Part shown: one piece after another, positions 13,646-25,681 of the stretch | Numbering within the stretch: position 1 is the first letter of the stretch | Layout: each line of letters opens with the position of its first letter | From: the human T2T-CHM13v2.0 reference genome, Homo sapiens | Strand: one strand, 5' to 3' | Assembly (NCBI RefSeq): GCF_009914755.1 | Contig: NC_060947.1 | Length of the DNA stretch: 64,000 nucleotides | Made by a program: the position numbers and the translations under genes | Notes under the pieces: generated by a model | Seen by the model: only the letters and a program-made list of their open reading frames with translations | Databases searched by the model: none | Told to the model about the DNA's origin: nothing

Positions 13646-16064
13646 TGATGTAGTTTGGATCTGTGTCCCAACCAAATCTCAGGTTGAATTGCAATCCCCA
13701 GTGTTGGAGGTGGGGCCTGGAAGGAGCTGATTGAATTCGGGGGCAAATGTCTTATGAATGGTTTAGTACCAACCTCCTTGGTACTGTATAGCGAGTGAGT
13801 TCTCATGAGATCTGGTTGTTTAAAAGTGTGTAGTACCTCCCCTCTCATACTGTGTTCTTCCTGCTCTGGCCATGTGAAGTGACTCACCTCCCCTTTGCCT
13901 TCCACCATGATTGTACATTTCCTGAGGCCTCCCCTGAAACTGAGCAGATGGCCAGAATTATGCTTTCTATACAGCCTGCAGAACCATGAGCCAATTAAAC
14001 CTGTTTTCTTTAGAAATTATCTAGTCTTGGCTATTTTTTTTATAGCAGTGAGAGAATTAACCAGTACAGAAAATTGGTACTAGGAGTGGGGCATTGCTAT
14101 AAAGATACCTGGAAATGTGGAAGCAGCTTTGGAACTGCATAACAAGCAGAGGTTGGAACACGTTGGAGGGTTCAGAAGAAGACAGGAAGATGAGGGAAAG
14201 TTTGGAATTTCCTAGAGGCTTTTTGAATGGTTTTTACCAAAATGCTGATACTGATATGGACAGAGATAGCCAGGCTGAGGTGGTCTCAGATGGAAATGAG
14301 GAACTTATTGGAAACTAAAGTAAAGGTCACTTTTGCTATGCTTTATCAAAGAGACTGGTGACTTTGTGTGCCTATTCTAAGAGACCTGTGGAATTTTGAA
14401 CTGGCGAGAGATGATTTAGGGTACCTGACAGAAGAAATTTCTAAGCAGCAAAGTGTTCAAGAGTGACCTGGATGCTTCCAACAGCCTATTTTCATATGCA
14501 TGAGCAAAGAAATAACTTGAAGCTGGAACTTATATTTAAAAGGAAAACAAAGCATAAAAGTTTGAAAACTTTGCAGCCTGCCCATGTGGCAGAAAAGAAA
14601 AAACAATTCTCTGGGGAGGAATGGAAGGTGGCTACAGAAATTTGCGTAAAGAAAAAGAAGCCAAGTGCTTCAAAGGTAATACAGTGACCTTTGTAGCAGC
14701 CCTCCAATCACAGGCCTGGAGGTTTAGGATAGAAGAATGGTTCTGTGGGCTGGGTCCAGGGCCCCTCTGCCCTTTGCAGCCTCAGGACACTGTTTCTCAC
14801 ATCCCGACTGTTCCAGGTCCAGCTGTGGCTCAAAGGGGCCCAGGTATATCTAGGGCTCCTGCTTCAGAGGGTGCAAATTGTAAGCCTTGGCAGTTCTCTC
14901 ATGGTGTTGAGCCTGTGGGTGCACAGAATGCAAGAGCTGATCTTGGGAGCCTTTACCTAGATTTCAGAAGATGTAAGGAAAAGCCTGAATGCCTGGGCAG
15001 AAGCCTGCTACAGAGGTGGATCCCTGATGAAGAACCTCTACTAGGGCATTGCAGAGGGGAAATGTGGGGTTGGAGCACCCACAGAGTTCCCACTGGGGCA
15101 CTTCATAGTAGAGTTATGAGAAGAGGGCCACCATCCTCTAGACCCCAGAATGGTAGATCCACTGGCAGCTTGCACACTGTACCTGGAAAAGCCACAGGCA
15201 CATAATGCCAGGCCTGAGAGCAGCCACCAGGGCTTACCCCTATAAATCCACAGCTGTCCAATGACTTGGGAGCCTACCCCTTGCACCAGTGTGTCTTGAG
15301 TGTGACACATGGAGTCAAAGGAGATTATTTTGGAGCTTTTAGATTTAATGACTGCCTTTCAGGGCTTCAGACTTGCACAGGGCCTGTAGCCCCTTTCTTT
15401 TGGCCAATTTACCTCTTTTGGAAGGGGATTATTTACCCAATTCCTATACCCTCATTGTATCTTGGAAGTAACTAACATGTTTTTGATTTTACAGGCCCAT
15501 AGGCAGAGGAGACTAGCTTTATCTCAGATGAGACTTTGGACTTTAGACTTTTGAGTTAAGACTTTGGAGGACTGTTGGGAAGCCATTGTTGTATTTTCAA
15601 ACGTAAAAAGTTCATGAGATTTGGAAGGGGCCAGGGGCAGAAATGTAAGGTTTGGATCTATGTTCTCAGCCAAATCTCAGGTTGAATTGCAATCCCATGT
15701 TGGAGGTGAGGCCTGGAGGGAAGTGATTGAATTAGGTTGTCAGAGTTCTCATGAATATTTTAGTACCATCTCACTTGGTACTGTATAGTGAGTGAGTTCT
15801 CAGTAGATCTTGTTGTTTAAAAGTGTGCAGCACCTCCCCTGTCATTCTCACTTTCTCTTGCTCTGGACATGTGAAGTGACTCGCTCCCCCTTTGCTTTCT
15901 ACCATGATTGTGCCTTTCCTGAGACTTGCCCAGAAGCCAAACGGATGGTCAGCATCAGGCTTTCTGTACAGCCTGTGCAACTGTGAGCCAATTAAACCTC
16001 TGGTCTTTATAAATTGCCCAGTATCAGATATTTCTTTATAGCAGTGTGAGAAGGAACTAATCCA
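13646..16064 (+). mobile_element. Complete MST (MSTA-like) MaLR element: LTR 13646-14068, internal 14069-15643, LTR 15644-16064
   Basis: Two direct LTR copies (tttggatct...ccaaatctcaggttgaattgcaatccc ... tttatagcagtg); internal starts gaaaattggtac and ends with purine tract ggaaggggccaggggcagaa. Confidence 0.95.
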
Positions 16065-18329
16065 GGCCTTAAACATGATTCTTAATTCCTGGGCATGCAC
16101 TCCCAATTACTACTTAACAGAGAACCTTTAGAAATTATTTTCTCAGCCTATAATTACATCTCAATACAAGAAGTCTCATAATTTTTTTCTATTAGGTAAA
16201 GTAAGAATTATTTCCATTTTTCCTAGATATCCCATTTCAAGTAGTAAAATAAGATTTTTCATTATACTTTAACAGGATTTGGTTGGGGAAATATTCTGGT
16301 TTTTTTTCTCAATGTTTCTTTTATTGGTTTGTGGACTTTGATCACTTCCCTTATCAGCACTCATCTTTTCAGACTAATGAATCCCAATCTTTTTACCTTG
16401 TCCTCTCTGCTTAATGTCACTCCAACTCCTTGGCTTTTTTGAGCCTTTTATAGTACTGTTTTATTTTGGATGGTCTTAATAAGTGAACTAAACATTGACA
16501 TTCTAGTAGATAGTATTAACAGTAGAATTCTTAAATAATAATGAAAACCAAAACTGAAATAAAACAACTGAAAAAAAAAACTTTGACTATGAGATAAATG
16601 TTGAATGGGGGAATATGTGTAGTCTTAGAGTTCTTTTCAGAGTGATGCTAAATCAAGTTATCAAAATTACTGTAAAAAATATTTTTTCTAACTGTTAGGC
16701 CATATCACTGTAATCCATTATTTTGAGCATTTAATATAGTTTGTATTTCATCAATAAATTCTACTGTTTCCACAGTTTTCTTATTCCGCTATTTAAAAAT
16801 ATGCTTAATAAGAATAATTTATAAAAAACATATAAGCATTATCTACTAAGAACAAGAAGATTCAGGTCATCACATTCTAAAAAAGAAAAGGTCATTTTAG
16901 TCAAAATTAGTGTTTCCTAGTGTTTCAAAGAAAATGTTAAAGCTAAGATGACATTGACAAATTGCCACCATTTATTTAAATGGTGTAATGCAATCTACCA
17001 GTACTTCTAGAATCTGTGTTTTTGAAGCAGTTGACCTGACCAACTAATGCAAACAAATTAGCCTCCCGGGAGCTAGCTGTATTCTATAGACAATTAAATA
17101 TCATAAGCTAATATTATTTGATACATACGATCTACTATCTAAAGCATTTTATTAAATGTGAATCATATAATTGCAACAAATATGTCTTTACCAAGTGTGG
17201 TGACAATAATTTCTACAGATTCCTTGCTCAAAATATATTTAAAGTTCAAACAAGAAAAAAACTTGTAAGCAGCATAATGTCTTCTCCAGATACTAATTAA
17301 ATCCCTATCTACTACCTCAAAAAAGTTTTCTTTGGGGTTCAAATTTTAGTCTTTGATCTTCATTGTGATTTTTTAATCTTCCTGGTTACTGCACTTTAAA
17401 TGAATTAAATTTAGTTTTAAGAGGAAAATCAATAAGCTAATGAAAAGAACTGTGGGTTATAACCATTCTTTACTTCGAAGGTTTGTCTGAACCTGGGACA
17501 AATGCCAATTCTGTACAGTGCACTAAAGTGACCAATGTTAAGCTACATGTATATATATTTTTTCTAAATATCCAAAGCATAATTACCCATCAGTCACTTG
17601 CCCACTGAAGGTTCAGTTCTATTCATTATAAGGTTGTTCTCAACATCAGTCCTAACTATATCTGGCTGCTCAATGATTAACCTACAGATGATTCATCAAA
17701 ATGATAATGTTAACACAGGAGGAAAATTAATTTTTCAAAGACCCAGGTTTCAAAATACCTTACATGACCATAGCTCATCTGTGTAATATATGTTCAACAA
17801 TACTTTTAATGCCTCTAGAGGTGCAACTCATGAGGAAAAATAGTACTTTATGAGGAAATAGGAAAAAGAAAGTTTATTGATTGTGCAAAAGCAGCAATAT
17901 GAAAAAAATGTTATTTGAATATATTTTTATTCTTGATTGCATAGATTTTTTGCCAGAAGTAATGTGATTATCAATAAATAGAAATATTCTTTATTTATTT
18001 GAATAGAAATTATTTTATCTTGGTATAGTTTTTTCTGTTGAAATGATACTGAGTTGTATTTTTCAGCAGGCTTAAATACTATAAGATTTTATCACTACTG
18101 TCTTCCATAATAATTCAAATTTGCTGTAACATGTAATTCAATTCCACATACTTATTGAGGACCTGTTATATACAAATAATTTTATTAGAAAAGATAAGGG
18201 AAAAAAAACTTTACTATGCCCAACAAAAACTTACAAGCAAGTGAGAGATGGAAATGTGTATGCACATATGTATATATACAATTTTAATGCATGGTTATCT
18301 TAAAATATTAAATACCCATGACGATTTCT

Positions 18330-18500
18330 TATTAATTGCTAATAGCTTAGGATACATCAAGTAAATTGTTGAGCTTTTTGCATGCATTTTTTTAATTTTA
18401 TCCTCACAGCTACCCTATGAGTCAGGTTCTAATTTTAATCCTTATTTTACGTAAGAAGAAACTATGGCATAAAACAGGTATACAAGTTAAATTATGCACT
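18330..18500 (-). mobile_element. MIR SINE
   Basis: atcctcacagctaccctatgag...ccttattttacgtaagaagaaact. Confidence 0.7.
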
Positions 18501-18704
18501 ATGATCATAAAAACAAGGGAAGAATTAGATATCATTCAAGTATATGAAAAATGTTTATTTTTCAGTTTTGAAAAGAGCCTTGAAGAAGCAATTGAACTTC
18601 TCTACAGGAGGAGATTGTGAAAATGGGCATTCAAATAAAATAAAACATTTTTTGCAAAGTTTCTAAGTCAAGAAAGTTCATAGTCTCTTTGTAAAATGTC
18701 AAAT

Positions 18705-18940
18705 GTAAATAGAATGTTATGGCTATAAATGTGAGCTCTGCATTCAAAGTACCTGGTTTTGAAATCTTGCCAATAGCTATGTGACCTTGGGCAAATTACT
18801 TTTCTGTTTGTCATTTAGCTTATCCATAAAATGAATGTGATAATTGTACCTTTCATGTATGGTCTTTGTGAGGACTAAATGAGACAATACCTATAAAATG
18901 ATTAGAACATCGCCTGTCACACACAATAGTGGTGAGTAGC
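18705..18940 (+). mobile_element. MIR SINE
   Basis: tagctatgtgaccttgggcaaattact...gtgaggactaaatgaga. Confidence 0.85.
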
Positions 18941-19049
18941 CTGAGGGGGCTGGCCTGGTAAAATAGCACAATGCTATTAATCCTCAAGAACATACCTTCT
19001 TTTATCCTCCATTCAGTTCCTTGCACAGAACTTGTATAGCCAACATTAA

Positions 19050-19465
<416 letters not shown>

Positions 19466-19539
19466 TTGGCTTGTCATCTCTTAACTCATATTTTGATCAT
19501 TATATGGGCTATTTTTTAGGGTTATCATATTATAGCTAC

Positions 19540-21202
19540 TTTTTATTTGTTTATTTTTTATTATTATACTGTGAGCTCTGGGATACATGTGCAGAACGTG
19601 CAGGTTTGTTACATAGGTGTACATGTGCCATGGTGGTTTGCTGCACCCATCAACCAGTCATCAACATTAGGTATTTCTCCTAATGCTATCCCTCCCCTAG
19701 CCCTCCACCCCCTCACAGGCCCCAGTGTGTGATGTTCCCCTCCCTGTATTCATGTGTTCTCACTGTTCAACTCCCATTTATAAGTGAGAACATGCAGTGT
19801 TTGGTTTTCTTTCCTGTGTTAGTTTGTTGAGAATGATGGTTTCCAGCTTCATCCATGTCCCCACAAAGGAAATGAACTCATTCTTTTTTATGGCTGCAGA
19901 GTATTTCATGGTGTATATGTGCCACATTTTCTTTATCCAGTCTATCATTGATGGGCATTTGGGTTGGTTCCAAGTCTTTGCTATTGTGAGTAGTGCTGCA
20001 ATAAACATACGTGTGCATGTGTCTTCATAGTAGAATGATTTATAATCCTTTGGGTATATACCCAGTAATGGGATTGCTGAGTCAAATGGTATTTCTGGTT
20101 CTAGATCCTTGAGGAATTGCCACACTATATTCCAAATGGTTGAACTAATTTACACTGCCACCAAAAGTGGAAAAACGTTCCTATTTCTCCACATCCTCTC
20201 CAGCATCTGTTGCTTCCTGACTTTTTAATGATCGCCATTCTAACTGGCATGAAATGTTATCTCATTGTGGTTTTGATTTGCATTTCATTAATAACCAGTG
20301 ATGAGATTTTTTTCATATGTTTGTTGGCTGCATAAAAGTCTTCTTTTGAGAAGTGTCTGTTTATATCATTTGCCCACATTTTGATCGAGTTGTTTGCTTT
20401 TTTCTCATAAATTTGCTTAAGTTCCTTGTAGATTCTGGATATTAGACCTTTGTGAGGTGGATAGATTGCAAAACTTTTCTCCCATTCTCTAGGTTGCCTG
20501 TTCACTCTGATAATAGTTTCTTTTGGCTTTTGTTGCCATTGCTTTTGGTGTTTTAGTCATGAAGTCTTTGCCCATGCCTATGTCCTGAATGGTATTGCCT
20601 AGGTTTTCTTCTACGGTTTCTATGATTTTAGGTCTTATGTTTAAATCTTTGATCCATCTTGAGTTGATTTTTGTATAAGGTGTAAGGAAGGGGTCTAATT
20701 TTATTTTTCTGCATATGGCTATCCAGTTTTCCCAACGCCATTTATTAAATAGAGAATCCTTTCCCCATTGCTTGTTTTTGTCAGCTTTGCTAAAGATCAG
20801 ATGGTTTTAGGTGTGTGGTGTTATTTCTGAGGCCTCTGCTTTTTTCCTTTGGTCTATATGTTTGTTTTGGTACCAGTACCATGCTGTTTTGGTTACTGCA
20901 GCCTTGTAGTATAGTTTGAAGTCAGGTAGCATGATGCTTCCAGCCTTGTTCTTTTTGCTTAGGATTGTGCTGGCTATATGGGCACCTTTTTGGTTCCATA
21001 TGAAATTTAAAGTTGTTTTTTTCTAATTCTGTGAAGAAAGTCAGTGGTAGCTTAATGGGGACAGCATTGAATCTATAGATTACTTTGGGCAGTATGATCA
21101 TTTTCACTATATTGATTCTTCCTATGAGAATGGAATGTTTTTCCATTTGTTTGTGTCCTCTCTTATTTCCTTGAGCAATGGTGTGTAGTTCTCCTTGAAG
21201 AG
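19540..21202 (-). mobile_element. 5'-truncated L1PA6/7-like LINE-1
   Basis: ORF2 C-terminus WQFLKDLEPEIPFDSAIPLLGIYPKDYKSFYY (19778-20125); 3'UTR ggtggtttgctgcacccatcaacc. Confidence 0.95.
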
Positions 21203-22631
21203 AGCAAAAACAGAGCAAACTCAAGTAAGATCAGTGATGAAAAAAGGAGACATTACAACTAATATTGCAGAAATTCAAAGGATCATTAAAAACTGTGATT
21301 AGAAATTATATGCCAATAAATTGGAAATCTCAGACAAAATGGGTAAGTTATTAGACACATATAAACTACCAACCTCTATGAAGTAATTCAACACCAGAAT
21401 AGATCAATAGCAAGTAATGAGATTGAAGCCATAACAAGATGTCTCAGCACAGCTGCCTTGCCAAATTGTGACCAGACTGCTTCTTTAAGCAGGACCCCAA
21501 TCCATTCCTCCTCACTGGGCAGGACCTCTTTACAGGGGTTTCAGCCACTCCAACAAGGTTTCTACGGACCAAACTCTGATCTCTGCCTGGGATGGATCTA
21601 CCAGGGATAGAGGCTGCTACCATCTTTGTTGTTTGATCAACCCAGATGCTCCAGCCTGCTGGCTATGAAGAATTCAGGCAGTCTAGACAGAAAAAGGGTT
21701 CCGCAGAATGCAGTACATCTGCTTTAACAAAAAAGATCCAGACTGATTCTTTGGGCAGGTCCCTGATCCCATTTCTTCTAACTGGGTAAGGCCTCCCAGT
21801 GTGGGTCTCCTGCCACCTACTATAGCTCAGTCCCCCCCTAAATAAAGATTCCAGAGGAAAAAGCTGGTTGTGCCATCTTTGTTGTTTTGCAGGATTTACT
21901 GGTGATACAGGTATGGAAAAAACTGAGGCAACTGGAATCTGGAGTTGAATTCCAGAAACCTGCAGCAGCCCTATGGTAGATTGGCCTGATGGTTAAAAGA
22001 AAAACAAACAAACAGAAAGCAATGACAACAGCAACATAAACAAAAAGACCTTGCAAAAACCTTATTCAAAGGTCAGCAACCTCAAAGATCGAAGGTAAAT
22101 AAGCCTACAAATATAAGAAAGGATCAATGTAAAAGACTGAAAACTCAAAAAGCCAGAGTGTCTCTTCTCCAAATGACCTCAACACCTCCACAGCAAGGGC
22201 ACAGAACTAGGCTGAGGCTGAGATGGCTGAATTGAGAGAAGTAGGCTTCAGAAGGTGGGTGATAACAAACTTTGCTGAGCTAAAGGAGCATGTTGTTACC
22301 CAGCGCAAAGAAGCGAGAATCATGACAAAACAATACAGGATCTGGTAGCCAGAATAGCCAGTTTTGAAAGGAACCTAACTGACCTAATGGAGTGGAAAAA
22401 CACAACATGAGAACTTCACAAGTATCAATAGTAGACTAGACAAAGCAGAGAAAATAATCTCAGAGCTTGAAATCTATGTTTGTGAAATAAGACACACAGA
22501 GAAGAATAGAGAAAAAATAAGAAGAAGAATAAAACCTCTGAGAAATATGCGACTATGTAAAGAGGCCAAATCTATGACTGATTGGGGTAACTGAAAGAGA
22601 TAAGAAGAATGGAATCAAGTTGAAAAATATC

Positions 22632-22837
22632 ACGGGAAGGGGAACATCACACTCGGGGAACTGTTGTGGGGTGGGGGGATGGGGGAGGGATAGCATTAGG
22701 AGATATACCTAATGCTAAATGACGAGTTAATGGGTGCAGCACACCAGCATGGCACATGTATACATATGTAAAAAACCTGCACATTGTGTACATGTACCTT
22801 AAAACTTGAAGTATAATAATAATTTAAAAAAAAGAAA
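22632..22837 (+). mobile_element. Short young L1PA2/3-like 3'-end insertion in ORF1 of the L1PA8-11 element
   Basis: atgctaaatgacgagttaatgggtgcagcacaccagcatggcac; TSD gaaaaatatc at 22622-22631 and 22838-22847. Confidence 0.93.
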
Positions 22838-24974
22838 GAAAAATATCCTTCAGGGTATCATCCAGGAGAACTTCCCCAACCTATAATAGCAAGACAGGTC
22901 AACATTCAAATTCCAGAAATCCAAAGAATATAAATAAGATACCCCACAAGAAGATAAGCCACAAGACACCTCATCATCAGATTCTCTAAGGTCAAAATAA
23001 AAGAAAAAATATTAAGGCAGCCAGAGAGAAAGGGCAGGTCATTTACAAAGGGAAACCCATCAGTATAACCGTGGAACTCTCAGCAGAAACTCTGCAAGCC
23101 AGAAGACATTGGAGGCCAATATCTGATATTCTTAAAAAATGAATTTTTTACCCAGAATTTCATATCCAGCAAAACTAAGCTTCATGAGTGAAGGAGAAAT
23201 AAGAAATTTCTCAAATATTCAAATGCTTAGGGAAATCATCACCCTCAGGCCTGCTTTGCAAAAGCTCCTGAAGGAAGCACTAAATATGGAAAGGAAAATC
23301 CATTACCAGCTACTACAAAAACAAACTGAAGGACACAAACAAGTGACACTATGAAATATCCACATAAACAAATCTGCAAAATAACCAGCTAGCATCATGA
23401 AGACAGGATTAAATTTCCACATAACAACACTAACCTCAGATGTAAATGGGCTAAATGTCCCAATTAAAAGACAGAATGGCAAGCTGGATAAAAAGCCAAT
23501 ACCCATCAGTATGCTGTCTTCAAGAGACCCAACTCATGTGCAAAGACACACATAGGCTCAACATAAAAAAGAATTGAGGAAAATTTACCAAGCAAATGGA
23601 AAACAAAAAAAGCAAGGGTTGCCATGCTAGTTTCTGACAGAACAGGCTTTAATCCAACAAACATCAACAAGCAGGAAGAAGGACATTACATAATGGTAAA
23701 GGGTTCAATTCAACAGGAAGGGCTAACTATCCTAAACATATGTGCGCCCAATACAAGAAAACACAGATTCATAAAGCACATTCTTAGAGACCTACAAAGA
23801 GACTTAAACTTTCAAACAATAATAATAGTAAACTTTAAATCCCCACTGACAATATTAGACAAATCATTGAGGCAGAAAATTAACAAAGTTATTCAAGACC
23901 TTAACTGAGCTCTGGATCATGTGGACCTGAGTGATATCTACAGAACTCTCCACCCAAATTTAACAGAATATACATTCTTCTCATTGCCACATAGCTTACA
24001 CTAAAATTGATCACATAATCATAGGTAAGGCACTCTTTAGCAAATACAAAAAAAAAAATGAATTATAACAGTCTCTCAGACCACAGTGCAATCAAATTAG
24101 AATTTAAGATTGAGAAATTCACTCAAAACCATACAACTACATAGAAATTGAACAACCTGCTCCTAATGACTTCTGGGTAAAAATGAAATTAAGGTAGAAA
24201 TCAAAAAGTTACTTGAAACTAATGAGAACAAAGAGATAACAAACATACCAGAATTTCTGGGACACAGCTAATGCAGTGTTAAGTGGGAAATTTATAGCAC
24301 TAAATGACCAAATCAAAAAGCTAGAAAGATCTCAAGTTAACAACCTAACATCACAACTAAAAGAATTACAGAAGCAAAAGCAAACAAACCCCAAAGCTAG
24401 CAGAAGACAAGAAGTAACCAATATCAGAGCTGAACTGAAGAAGATATAAAGATGCAAAAAGACTTTCAAAAAATCAGTGAATTCAGAAGCTGACTTTTTG
24501 AAAAAAATTAATAAGGTTGCTAGGTTGCTAGCTAAACTAACAAAAATGAAAAGAGAGAAGAATCAAATAAATACAATCAGAAATGATAAAGTGGATATTA
24601 CCACTGATTCCACAAAAATACAAACAACCATAAGCAAATACTATAAACATGACTATGCACACAATCTAGAAAATCTAGATGAAACAGATAAATTCCTGGA
24701 TGCATATACCTTCTCTAGAGTGAACCAGGAAGAAATTGAATCCCTGACTAGACCAATAATGAGTTCTGAAATTGAGGCAGTAAAAAATTGCCTATCAACA
24801 AATAAAAGCCCAGAAACAGATAAATTCACAACTGAATTCTACTAAAAGTAAAAAAAAAAGAGCTGGTACCATTTCTACTGAAACTATTCTAAAAAAATTG
24901 AAAAGAAGAGACACCTCCATAGCTCATTCTATGTAGCCAACATCATCCTGATATCAAAATCTGGCAGAGATACA

Positions 24975-25017
24975 AAAGAAAAGAAAAGAAAAGAAAAGGA
25001 AAGAAAAGAAAAGAAAA
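24975..25017 (+). repeat. (AAAAG)n microsatellite within L1 ORF2
   Basis: Seen directly. Confidence 0.9.
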
Positions 25018-25511
25018 CTTTAGGCCAATATCCTTAATGAATATTCATGCAAAACTTTTCAATAAAATTTTGGCAAACCAAATTCAGTAGCACATCAAAA
25101 AGCTTATTCACCATGATCAAGTTGGCCTCATCCCTGGTATGCAAATTTGGTTCACTATATTCAAATCAATAAATGTGATTCATCACATAAACTGAACTAA
25201 AGACAAAAACCACATGATTATCTCAATAGATGCAGAAAATGCCTTTGATAAAATAAAACATCCTTTTGTGTTAAAAACTCTCAATAAACTAAGTATTGAA
25301 GGAACATACCTCAAAATAATGAGACATATATGACAAATCCACAGCCAATATTATACTGAACGAGCAAAAGCTGGAGGCATTCCCCTTGAAAACTGGCACA
25401 AGACAAGGATGTCCCCTCTCACCACTCCTATTCAAAATCATATTGAAAATTCTGGCCAGGGCAATCAGGCAAGAAAAAGAAATAAAGGGTATTTAATTAG
25501 AAAGGGAGAAA

Positions 25512-25681
25512 ATCTAGATGACAGGTTGAAAGGTGCAGCAAACCACCATGGCACATGTATACCTATGTAACAAACCTGCACGTTCTGCACATGTATCCCA
25601 GAACTTAAAGTAAAATAAAATAAAAATAAAATAAAATAAAATAAAATAAATAGATATTAGGTCAATGCCATTTTATAAAAG
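25512..25681 (+). mobile_element. Short L1PA7-like 3'-end insertion with (TAAAA)n tail and an extra 30-nt tag
   Basis: ggtgcagcaaaccaccatggcac...tatcccagaacttaaagt; TSD gaaagggagaaa at 25500-25511 and 25682-25693. Confidence 0.92.

Noticed and set aside
14621-15205. Longest ORF (194 aa) as a gene
   Set aside because: Lies wholly within the MST internal region, a frameshifted MaLR remnant.
21470-21900. Direct repeat of about 265-bp period (cagactg..tcttt..gcagg..cc; ccatctttgttgttt)
   Set aside because: Internal repeat structure expected in the L1PA8-13 5'UTR; not an array with unique spacers.
22652-22690. G-quadruplex-forming G tract
   Set aside because: Standard feature of the L1PA 3'UTR, not locus-specific.
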